Positions 41,613-56,776 of a stretch of DNA of 64,000 nucleotides are shown one piece after another. The position numbers and the translations under genes were made by a program. Source of the stretch: Paraspadella gotoi (Eukaryota; Animalia; Chaetognatha); the NCBI GenBank assembly GCA_051294375.1, contig CM119268.1, positions 2,067,486 through 2,131,485 of the forward strand, in the 5' to 3' direction. Under the pieces are notes generated by a model. The model had not been told where the DNA came from, did no database searches, and saw nothing but the letters and a program-made list of their open reading frames with translations. Numbering within the stretch: position 1 is the first letter of the stretch; each line of letters starts with the position of its first letter.

Positions 41613-41989
41613 AGCAAGCGGCTTGGCTCCAAGTCAACAGTGTTCTGCTTGATACGCTTGATCTAGTCTTTTAGACATTTGAAAAATTCCGAATAGCCAA
41701 CCATAGTCATCTACTAAACGATTGATAGTTTTTGTAGTCGCTAGTCAGCTTGTCGATATCGTACTTATAGAACGTCCAATATTTTTAGTATAGAAAGTAG
41801 ACGGCCTATTGTGATTAACGTTCACAAATGCCTTGAGAAATAAAAATAGAAATTTTAAGCTATTCAAAGCACGATAATATAAAAATTAGTAAAATCGGCG
41901 CTTGTGATCGAAATCATATATACATAATAACTTAATGCTTTATAATGCTAAAAATGCTGAGCTAAAATTAATAAAGGGTTCGCCGAAAC

Positions 41990-43716
41990 ATGCCGCGGAG
42001 ATCCTTATTACAAATGGTGACCTTGACTCTAGCTTTAACCGCTGCAATCAATCGAGTTTGGGGACCGGATCGAACCAAGGTCTTCGTATTGTCGGGGGAA
42101 GACTCCGGCTACAGTCTTCGCGATATCCTCGTCGAAAGAGAACGAGCGATGCTGGAGTCCTCGAAAGAGACAGCATTGGAGACGACGACCCCCGTCCTGC
42201 AGGGTTCGATTTATCCGGCGCGGAGGCGACGGAAGGTACGGAATTAGATGAAAGGAAGAAATGGTAATAAATAAACAGAGCAGTTAGTTATCAGTAACAG
42301 TGACGTTTTATCGGTTAAATCCCGAATATCTTGATGTTTTTCTATTCCCCTTTTACATCGTTTTGGCATAAATGGCGGACAATTGGCCTGTGAACCGGAG
42401 CTGCCCTACTTTCGTAATTTGCTCACCAACGAGACTTACCGAGCTCCTTGTTGCAACACCTGCGCTTTGGTTTCGGCCTCGGGCCAGCTGCTTAACTCGA
42501 GTAAGTTAATAACTTCTCTTTAAACTCCTTTTGAAAATTGACATTTTTCATCGACGCAGGCGCGGGTTCGATCATCGACGCTCACGATTGCGTCATTCGT
42601 CACAACGATTCTCCCGTGGAGGGTTTCGAGACGGACGTCGGAAATAGAACCACCATTAGGTTTATATCCTTCGTCGCCGCCAGGCGGATTCTCAAGAAGA
42701 AATATGTCAAGGTGGGTCCTTATACTTCTTAAGCCCAATTGAATAAATGGACATTGAGCGAAGTTCTTCTGTCAGTCTTTTCTTTGTGACTCAGATATTC
42801 ACTCGTCAAAAGGATCTGCGTGCGGTGATCCTCACCAACCCGGAAGAATTCTCCAGCGGCAAATCGGCGGTGACTCGGCTGGCGACTTATTTCGTGGGAG
42901 ATCAGGCGAGTCAGCTTTGCGGTTATTCAGGCTAAGGAGCTTTGATCTTATGCCCTTCCCTCCCAGCCCTTGCATCGTATCAACGCCTCCGTCTACGTGA
43001 CAACGAAAGAGGCGTTCTCACGCATCAACGCCGAGTTCAGGTCGTTGACCCGCCGCTCGCCCGCCACCGTCACCACGGGATATCGCGCCCTCTACTTCGC
43101 GCGTCGAATGTGCGGCAGCGTCACCCTCTTTGGCTTTATCGATTCTTCGTGGTGTCGGAAGGGGGCAAATTTTAATTTCAGAGTGAGCCCCAAATGACGA
43201 AAGTTTTATTATTGGTTTTGTTGTAAATAATCTAAGATTAAGCTATATATTAAATTATAGGTTCCGTACCATTACTACCTTTTAAAAAGATGGGATCGAC
43301 GATTCCTAGAATGCGACGTCATTCACAAACTGAAAAAGACCAACAAATGGTACCATCATGATTATCTTGGTATGCGTAGCAAGAGCAATTAGCTAATTCC
43401 TTCTTTTTTAATTATTCTTGTCTCATAAAACAGTAAATATATCCTGAAACTTAAAAGGTTGAAGTTTAACTTAAACTTCGGCGCTTCGCATTTTGACGGG
43501 TACAATTACAAAGCACCCTAAATTAAAAACAAAAGGCAGCGGTGGAAAAGTTTTCTTTAAATAATTTCAATGGTGTTATTGAAGTGCTTGCGATGTATAG
43601 GAAAGAACTTTTTTCTTTTATTCTTATTTTCAGTGGAAAAAGGCGTTTTCAAGCTTTGGTCACTTCTTGGCAATCCCCCGATTTATTTCAAAAATCCGGA
43701 ATGGAAGTTGTTTTGA
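41990..43716 (+). CDS. GT29 sialyltransferase, ST6GalNAc III-VI-like
   Basis: N-terminal anchor; L motif CNTCALVSASGQLLNS|SAGSIIDAHDCVIRHNDSPVEGFETDVGNRTT; S motif TTGYRALYFARRMCGSVTLFGF; VPYHYY; VS motif HDYL|VEK; F.NPEW. Confidence 0.88.
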
Positions 43717-43869
43717 CAAAGAAGCTTTTATTCGTTCACTTTATTCTTCTCGAATTCGTACCCATACTAGTCTTAGTATGACCTCTTTTAATCTTTTTAT
43801 ATTTCCGATTTTAATCCTTGCTTTTAACATTTTAGATAATATCACTTTCCTTGTAACGCTGAAAAAAAA

Positions 43870-46171
43870 ATGCGTTCTCATCGTTTTAAATCCACCAAGT
43901 CCGCCTCCTTATCCGCTTCATCGCATAGAGGTCACGGCGACGGGAGCGAGAAGCCGCCTCCCCCTCCGACGAACGGCGCCAGCGATCGAAAGTCGGCGCC
44001 GCCTGTGCTCAACGGCGAAACGGCGCCCTTGTGCGTTGAAGAAGATAGAATAGAAAAAGGAGCAGGCGGCGATTCGCTTAACTTTAGCGAAGACGAACTT
44101 TTCACGATCCTGAAGAAAGAAACGGAAGCTACATCAATACCGACAGAATCAAGGACTGGCTCGTCGTCGCCTACCGAAGTGGTCATTAACGCGTCACCGG
44201 CAGAAACCGAAAACCTCAAACCTCCCGAGGAATCGCGCGAAGAGCCAGAGGATGGGTCCATACCGACTAACGCGTCACCTTCCAGTTTGTCTTGTGCGTC
44301 GGCGGGAGCAGAGGCGACTGCAGCAGCGGCGGCAGAATCCATTCATTCGTCCCCGAGAGAATCGTGTTTGTCCATCTCTTTTCCTAACGATTCTCTCCCG
44401 GCCGCCGATTTATCTTGCTCTCCAATCTCGGAGGCGGCAGATTTATGCAGGACGACCGTATCGTCGCCTGAACTTTGCAAAGACTCCAGCGCGCCACCCG
44501 AACCGAGTCTCCCCATCGCGACCGTCGCTCACTCTGCCAAATCGCCTTCTGACGATCCCCCGCCTACAACGGCCCCGCAAGATTCTCTCCCGCCCCCCGT
44601 GGTGGTCGACCAACTCGAGGCTCCTCCCATCGATATTTTGCCGAGCAAATCGCCCACGCCTCCTTCCCCTCGTCCGGCTTTTCCGGTTCCGGACGAAGTC
44701 ACCGTCGAGGAAATGACTTCGCGCGATTTTTACCTCGACTCCTCCGCCCATTTTTCCTTCCACGAAGAGTCGCTCAAGGATCTCTTCAAATCCTCCATCT
44801 TTTACGAAGCCATTTTTGCAAACAAGGAGGTGATCCCTTGGTTTCGTAATTCGATCTCGATCTCATTTTTATTTTTCTCCCCCCCCCCATCTCATAAAAG
44901 ATGTTTCGCGGAAAAGTGGTTCTCAACGTCCGCGCGGGCACGGGCCTCCTCAGCATGTGGGCGGCCATTGCGGGGGCCAGCATCGTCGTCGCCGTCGACA
45001 ATTCGAACGTCATTGACTACGTGAGTTTTCGTCGGGAAGCGAATCGGTTTCTTATACGCATATTAATTTCCCTATTTTTTTTTTCCTCCAGACGAAAAAA
45101 ATATTCGAGAAAAACTTCGAGGGTCGGAACGACGTCGTTTTGTTCGCCGTCAAAGGAAACATTCGCGAGATACAATTACCCTACGATCTTCATCAAGTGG
45201 ACATTATTATTTCCGAATGGATGGGGTAGGGTGCTGAAAAGGTTTTACAGTTAAATCCTGATCGATTTTAGACGATTATTGTTAATAAATTATAGTATTT
45301 GTCGTTGTTTCAGTACTTGCCTCTTTGTTTTTCGTTGTTTCAGTACTTGCCTCTTCTACGATACCGTAATCGGCGACGTCATCTTCGCCCGTGACAAGTG
45401 GCTCAGACGAGGGGGCCTCATCCTTCCCGACCGCGCCAATCTTTACGTCGTCGCCGTTCAGAACAGCGAGTATTTGAGAAGTCTGGAATGGTGGGATCAC
45501 GGTGAGAGAAAATAGATTTTTTTTTCTCGGAAACGTAAGCGCGTACCGTTGACCGTTTTTGCACGATTTTGCAGTTTATGGTTTCGACATGTCATACGTA
45601 AAGTCTTGGGTCATGCAAGAACCCATCGTTTGCGAAGTGAAAGAGGCCAATTTAGTATCGAACCCATGTCTAATTCGAGGTAATTGGCGTGGAGTTTTGA
45701 CTTTTAAATCAATTGTTGTTAAATTTACTCGTTTATTGATCCAGAAATTGATTTGTACAAGTTAAAGAGTCTTAAATCTATTTCATTTGAAACCTATTAC
45801 GTGGTAAACGTCAACAAAAAGGATAATTGCAACGGACTCGTACTTTATTTCAACGTCGACTTCACCAAATTAAAAAAAAGGGTGGGTCTTTACTCTTTAG
45901 TTTGAAATTCTTGAAATCAAGTTTTAGGATTAAACAAAATCCCATCTCTTGGCAGGTGAGTTTTTCCACGCATCCAAAATCTGAATTAAAGTCGTGGAAG
46001 CAAACGATGCTGCTGTTGAACGAGACTCTATGCGTGTCGCCCGGGGACATCATCGAAGGTATGTTCCGTCTCGACATCCAGGGACGAAAGAGAATCGCCC
46101 TCGATTTCGGCTTGCATTTGCAAGGCGCCGTAATGAAACGCGTAGAGAAAGCCAATTTCGTTTTGCAGTGA
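43870..46171 (+). CDS. PRMT1/8-like arginine methyltransferase with about 280-aa disordered N-extension and degenerate catalytic motifs
   Basis: EEMTSRDFYLDSSAHFSFHEESLKD, FRGKVVLNVRAGTGLLSM, VDIIISEWMG|TCLFYD, ARDKWLRRGGLILPDRA, VYGFDMS, WKQT. Confidence 0.85.
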
Positions 46172-46648
46172 CTCGGTTTTAGCATTTTAGTTTAACGGAA
46201 AGCTCGATCAACTATATAGTTTTTATGATCTTTCTATAAAGGTTTCAAAATCATACATCGTATCGAGGGCACCTTGTCAAAATTTTGTGACAAAAGATAC
46301 CCGCTATCTGTCTCGAATAATGTCTTTAAAATTTGTGTATTTTTCATTTTTTGTCGAATTTAGGATTAGCTTTTTATAAGTTATTTGTTTGCATGTTGAC
46401 TCGTGTTTCTAATATGAGTGAATTAGATTAATTCAGCTTCTTTTTAGAAATTATAGGACACTGCTAGACGCAGAGAAGATCGTCTGGCTAATTTGTTGCA
46501 AGACTTTTTGACAGTCATGAATCTAAGGGAAAAAAGAAAAAGAAAAGCTTGAGGACAACCGTTACATGTTTTTTTGAAGTTTGAAAATTGAAAAAAACAT
46601 AAAAAGTTGGGTGGATGTTTTGGACTTCGGGATGGAATTTTTCCTACC

Positions 46649-47585
46649 ATGATTCACTTGCCGCTTATTAAGGTAACCCATCAATTCAATAAAAAATTAT
46701 TTGTATTGACTTCTGATAAAACTTATCTAGTTGTTTGGATTGTTTGTGAAACAATTGTCGAAGCCCGTAGCCACTTCTCTAAAAGCGCGCGTGAAATCTA
46801 GTCCGTACTTCCGTGATCGTGTTTGCAGTCCAATCGGCCACACCGTACATCATCTTCAGGTTTTTCGTTGTCATCAGGACGGGAATCTAAGCGTACAGAA
46901 AAGAAAAAAAAATCAGTGTTCACTCATTTGTTAAAAAAAAAAAAAACCAGGAATCCCTTGCCCGTTCCGCTGTTCCGCCCAAAAAACGCCAACCTATACG
47001 AAAAATCAGCGACGAAGAAGCCGTAATGACAGGCGCCGAATTTCTGGGAGAAGCCACGATCTACTTCATCGCAGTTTTGGTCATGATCATGGAGGGAGTG
47101 AGGCAAGATTGTCCAGGATTAATTTGCTTGTAACACTTTGACATATACTTTCCTTCATACCATTTTCCATAGGCACCGATTTATTATAATGCTTATTGTT
47201 TCTCTCTCTCCAAGAAATATCTTTACTTGATTGGTTGCTGAATAAACTTGTAACAAATAATTTATCTTGAATGTAATATATTATGATTGATAATAAAGCT
47301 GAGCAGTAGGCCCATGAAGTCGCTGTCAGAGTTAAGGATAAGTCAGGCTTAAGATAAATTAAAGAGCTAAGATAAAATATCTGAAAAATCAGGTCTACTA
47401 AAAGATCGGCTGAGAGAGAAGAGTCGAGCATGGAATGGAGCCGCATTAAAGACGAGCATTACGCAATGCGCGAGGAGATTAAGACTTTGACCGCCGTCAA
47501 TCAGAGCCTCGAAAGTGACTTGAAACACTTGAAAAGAGTCGTTTCTTCCTCCACTCCTACTTGTAAATTTTCTCATAAATATTAG
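46649..47585 (+). CDS. OPA3: OPA3-like mitochondrial protein
   Basis: PLIK|LFGLFVKQLSKPVA..FRDRVC, IRKISDEEAVMTGAEFLGEATIY, C-terminal coiled coil; one GC-AG intron; alternative last splice at 47562 possible. Confidence 0.85.
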
Positions 47586-47745
47586 TTTTTTAATTTTTTA
47601 GGATATCTTTTTTTTTTTCAGATTGCATTTACAATTTACATGTCTAGATTATTAAACGATAAACAATGGACTAACCTTGTATTTCCGTCGAATAAATTTC
47701 TAAAAATTAACTTCGTAGTTCCTCTAACGCCCCCATAAAATCAGC

Positions 47746-50700
47746 ATGGTGCAAGATCTCACCTGTCGACGTCAGCTGGAGAAGCTTCGACGGTCGGTCT
47801 CCGTGATGGAGATCCGTTTATCTCTGCTGGAGTCTCGTTTTTCTCGCGACTGCTCTGTCGCGGGCCTCCAGTCCACCGGCATTCCCGACTGTCTCGTCGT
47901 GGAGGAAGTGGGCGCGGACGACGCGTCCCCGACTCCCGCGTCGAATGGCATCAAAAGAGCCACGAAAAGAAAAGCCGGTAAACCTGTGGATGCGGCCGTA
48001 GGCGTCGTCCAGCTGTCAGATCACGATTATCTCCCGCGCGAGCTCGACGCGAAGCGGCGTTCGCTCGGACAAAAATCCCGCGCGAAAACTTCAATGGCTC
48101 CTTCGTTCGTCGCGGCATCATCGATCAATGCTACCGTCATTTCCGTATCAGCTCCTGGCTTTGCGGCTTCCACGGCTGCTACTCTCGCACCCATGGCCGC
48201 TGCTAACATTTCTCCGTGTGAAATTGGTGGTCATACAGTCCAGTCTTCCTTCGCTTCTCCTTTGCTCTTATCAGGTTCGCCAATGATTGCTAAATCTGGC
48301 GAGGCTGCTTTTTCCGCACCACCACACGCCTCGGCTGAATCGAGCGTTTCAATTCTACAAGCTTCCGTCTCGCAAGCCACGCCCCTAAAAGACGCGGGGC
48401 ATGTTTTAAATTTCGGTCAATCAATGACCCAGAGACCCTTGCCGTCATCCTTTCCTAAGAGACGAGAAGGCGCCCGGCGTACCAAGTCTGACACTCGCGT
48501 CCAAGCGCAAGCTCTCGTCTCCGTCGGGAGAAAGTCGCGCTCCAGCGAGTCGGTGATCGAACCTGAAGACGTTGGCGAAGACTTTTGCGGCGACGATGTT
48601 TTCTTGGCCAATTTCGTCGAACCTTCTGGTACGAAGACGGCCGTCGAAGCAACTGATGACGGCGACCAAGAAAAGTTTCATTTTATGCACGCCTTGGGCC
48701 TGGTCGCCTTGCCTTCCTCGACGCTCCTAGAGTCCATAGCGCCATACCATCCGAAGAAGCGTCGCTCCCAACGGCTCCAGCGACAAGAGATCGACGAAGT
48801 GAGAAGGAGGATGAAGCTTCGCGACCCGGACTTGTTTTCTCCTGAAAGGCGAAACGGCCGGTCCGTGTCCGACGAAGACGCGCCTATCCGCGAGGGAGAA
48901 AAGGGAACGACGCCGGCTCGGCCGCCGGAAAAGCCTCACGCCGAACGGCGGCGCTCTTCAGGCTCTAGCAACAACTGCCCCGTTGAGACAAGCATCAAGA
49001 GGTGCTCCATCAAATTGGATCGCATGATCTCTAAATCGGGCGATGATGCTCCTGAATCTGAAGGCGCCCAGTGTCGACGCGACGAAGAACCGCTCGTTGA
49101 TGCTGGAGCCGCGGAAACGACGGCCCCGACGACGGGGGTGTCCGCCGAATCCGCAGGTTCTATGGAAACTTCTAAAATAGATATAGAACCCGCCGTCGAT
49201 GTTTCACCTCTTTCCGAAAAGATCGTTACGCTAGATTTCGGATGGAAGCAACCAGATCCACGAATGGAAAAAGATCACAACTCCATGTCGTCTGAAACAG
49301 AGAGCGATTTCGAAAGCTTGATGTCCTGCGAACATCTCTCGATCCCACGTCGGAAAACTGCCAAGACCGTGAGGGCGAAGAAGAGACCTTCGACCAATCA
49401 GGAAGACCCCTCCAACACCTTGCCACCTCGCGAAGAGACGTTCGAGAAAACAAAGAAGAAAATTAGCAAGAAGAAAAGTTGGCCACGGCCCGACGCCGGT
49501 GAGCGAGAAGCGGGTAACGAAGCAGGAGCGAAAAAGGCGGAAGGAAAATCCAAGAAGGAGAAGAAATTGTTGAAGAAAATCTTGAAGCGAAATAAGAACA
49601 AGGTCCAGACGGAAGCTCGAAAAGAAAAAGGAAAAGGCAAGAAATCGATCGCGATCGCTGAGGAGGAAAAGGAGGTAAAGCCTGCCGACAAGGGCAACAT
49701 GGTCAAGGTTAAAGGGTGCAAGGGACATTCGAAAATGAGGCTGAAACAAATTGACGACGATGGACCCGCTGGGGATGGAACTTTGCTCTCTGAAAAATCA
49801 ACGGTTTCAGTCTGGGATTCGCGATCGAGCTTCGCCCGTGTAGGTCCGATCGCCGAGGAAAGCCGCGGGACTGCATTGCCGTCCCTGGCGCCGCCGTCTG
49901 CGCGAAAAAAAATTGATCAAGTGTTTGCGGTTAAAAACGTTATTCAGTCTTTCACGTCCAACAATAGACGAAATCTGAATCCGATTTCGAGATGTTCCGT
50001 TCCTCCGATGGTCAACCCCACTAAAATGTCGGACAGTCCTAATTTCGCCGACGGATATTCTAGACTTATAAATAGGTCGAAGCGAAAACCTAGGTTATTT
50101 TTAATTAGATATTAATAATTATTTGATTTTAAAAATTAATAAATTCATGGAATTTATAAAATATAATATAATATATAATAGTAAAGTTTGTGTAAATTTT
50201 GTTAAAATTTATATACTTTATATTATTATCATAGCTTATCCAAAGTAATTTAAAAAATATAAAAATGATTTATTCAATAAATAAATAATTTTTTATTTAT
50301 ATTTTGAATTTTATTATTATATGTAAATCATTTATTTTATTTTATTATTTTTATTTTTTAATCGATTATTCGCTCTGGCCTACTGATATAAACCCAGCTT
50401 GCAAAATCTCCGCGAGTCAGTCACGCAATCGCCTATCGACGAATCGCCGAGGGAGAGTGCGACCGACATCGCCAAAGTCTACGCCAGCATCCTTCCCCTC
50501 ACCAACAACATCAGAAAGTTCGAGACTCTAGCTCCCTGCTCCAGAAACGGTTCTTTCCGAGACACGGCGCGCTCAGATGCCGCGGGGGCGCTAGGTTCGT
50601 CCGATAGGATCACTCCTTGTACAAAGTACGACACTCCATCCGCTGATGAAACGAAAGATCGGCTGATTGGTGGGGATGAAAAGACCAAGTCTGATGAAAT

Positions 50701-52239
50701 ACTGGGCGAACCAGCGGAGAAACCTCCCTCTATACCCGGCCAAAAAACTCGCTTTAACATCAAGCCGAAACATGATCGGGTTATAACTGCACGAGATTCG
50801 ATTCCGGCTTCGATTGATAAGACTTCGGAAGCAAAAACACATGTGGAAGACAGAGCTTCTCATGTAAAACCGAAGGAAATTCTTATTCGCCCTAACAAAT
50901 CGAGGAAGATTAGCGTCGACAATGCGGACCCGAATGAATGCGAAATTATCGCGTTTACCAAGAAAGCCTCTCTCAAGCCAGTCGTCAATCGTAGTCATTT
51001 CAACGCGATTGCCCAGCAGAACGCGCATTCCGTCTCGAGGACGGATCATGAGATCGTCCAACCCTCGCTGGACGTCCCTGTCGAAGATCGACCCAAATCT
51101 ATCCCGACGACCCTCAAAGACTGGGTTTATGGACGCGGTCAGGGCCACGAGCCCATCGTCGATTCGGAAGAGAGCGGAGCAAATCATCGGAAGATTAACT
51201 CCCAATTAATAAAGACACATCCTACTTCCACCGTCTCCGTCGTGTCGAGAGATGTCCTTCCCCGCCCCGTCGAAGAACGTCGCAGGAAATCTTCGACGCG
51301 GAGTTGCGTCCCTGCCTCATTGAAAAAGAAGCAAGAGCCCAGAATTTCCCCCCCGCCGCCTCCTCCTCCCGCGCCCCTCCAGGCACGGGCCAAAGTCGAC
51401 CGGAGGCGAAGTTTTCCCGCAAACGTCAAAAGCGCCGATGCGGGTAGCCGTTGGCCGACGGGGGAAAAGACTAGTTCGAGGAAAAGAGAAAAGGGAAATT
51501 CTGGAAATCAAGTGAACATCGACCTGACCGTCCCACGTCCGCCTTCCCCGCCTCCGCCGCCGCCCTCTCCGCCTCCTCCACCCCCTCCACCCCCGCCGCC
51601 ACCTCCAACGTCCGCGACCAAGGATTGCTCCTTCGAAAGGGCGGAGAAAATTGTTTGCGGTTCCTCACGCTTGGACGCGGTAAAGAGCGTCATTACGGGT
51701 TCTCGTCGCCGGGATAGCGGCGGCGTCGGTGCCTGCAGCAGTAGCGGCAGTAGCAGCAGGGAATTCTCGTCGGCAGAATCGACGAAAGGGTTTCGAGGGA
51801 GTTTTTCGCCAAAGTGGCGATTCACCTCTTCAGGTTGGTCTCATTGAATCATCGAACTATATCGATTCTACAAGTACATAGTATTTTTTTGTAAATTTAC
51901 CTTTCGTTGAACGCATAACTTTTAATTTTTTTATTTTTTTATTATTTTTTAGAAACTTTATTCTTTTCGATATTTATATCCTCAGCCAACCGTCGTCGCT
52001 ACTCCTCCGACTCTGTGCAAAGCCCTCAAGTTACGACTTCCCACGATTCTCGCGACGATCGCCCCACAGACAACCGGCCCGCTTGGCGTCCAGACTCATT
52101 CGGTTGCCAGTTTTGCTTCAAATTCTACGACGACGCGGCCTCCTTGAAGCTGCACCTCGAGAAGCGGCATTGCGGCAAGAAGGCCAGAACCATCGAGGAT
52201 AGTCGCGCCATGTTCGCTTTTCTCAATCGGAACTTGTAA
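47746..52239 (+). CDS. Large low-complexity nuclear protein with N-terminal coiled coil, DHDY motif and single C-terminal C2H2 zinc finger, 3 exons
   Basis: ORFs 47746-50115, 50399-51847 and 52015-52239 join in phase; CQFC..HLEKRH finger; Lys-rich and poly-Pro tracts. Confidence 0.75.
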
Positions 52240-52795
52240 TCTTAATTGGCTCGCGTCGGAAAAAGAAAAAAAGCGCCTTTTGCTTAGCAATAAAAAGTTT
52301 AAAAAAAGTAGTTGGCTTTAATAAGTTATTCTAGTTTTAGTTTGAGAATTAGTCGTAGCGAGAAAAGAGGTACAATATTTTTTTTTTCTTTGCGGACTGA
52401 ATCTTTTTACATCTTCATCTATTTTTCGAGTTTTTGAATTTTTTTTTTCATTTGTTACTCGTTTTGTTTTCATTTTTTCGTTTTTGGCTTTTAAAGAGAC
52501 ATTTGTCTTTTTAACTAATTGAATGAAATCGTATGTTCTGAATTACGAGATTTATTCATGTTTGCCCAATGCCCATTTTGTGCCTTCACAAGGATATTGA
52601 TCGCTCAAAAACGGTCAGGATAAGGAAAAGATAGATTTTCATTACGATTATTTAAATTTTAACGGCACGAAATATCCTTTTGAATTTTTTTTTTTTGAAG
52701 ACATCACGATGTTTTTTTCCAATTATCAGTTTTTGAACAGATTTTCCCTCGCAACATTAAAACTTCACGAAAATTAAATAAGAAATTGCGAGGAA

Positions 52796-56135
<3,340 letters not shown>

Positions 56136-56776
56136 TGAACTATTACTAAACTACTTATTTTATGATTAATACATTAGTCATTGCTCGTTTATTACTATCT
56201 TGATTCACGATGCTAATAGTGATGTTAATTTATTGAATTATACGATTCCGAATAACTTCGCTATTTGATGTATTTTTTTTTATCCTAGTCGTTTCTAGTA
56301 ATTAGGCGAAAAGTTTCTCTAAATTTATTAACGTGGCGACTGTCTACATCCTACTGACGCGAAAACATTTTATAGAAAGATAAGTACCTAAAATGCGATG
56401 TTTCCTCAATGTTTTTGTATTTTAATAAATAGCGAAGAATAAGTTACAACAAACGTAAAAGAAATCATAAATAAAAGAAAAAGAGGGCAACGAAAAAGTA
56501 GGAAACATGAGATCAAGCGCGTGAGAACATCGAAGCAATTTGAGATCATGGATTGATATGAAAATTATTTTATCGCATTGTCACGACCGAGTTGAAAATG
56601 AAGGGGAGGCGGTAGTATTTATGATGAAATAAATAAAAATCCTATGGACTGAAGGAAAAAAAAATATATAAAACTCTGGCCGAGAAAATACGCTAGCACG
56701 TGAACGCATAACGATAGATAAATAGCGACAAAGAAATAATTAAGCCGTCGAATGGCCACCTATCCTTGAATCACGG

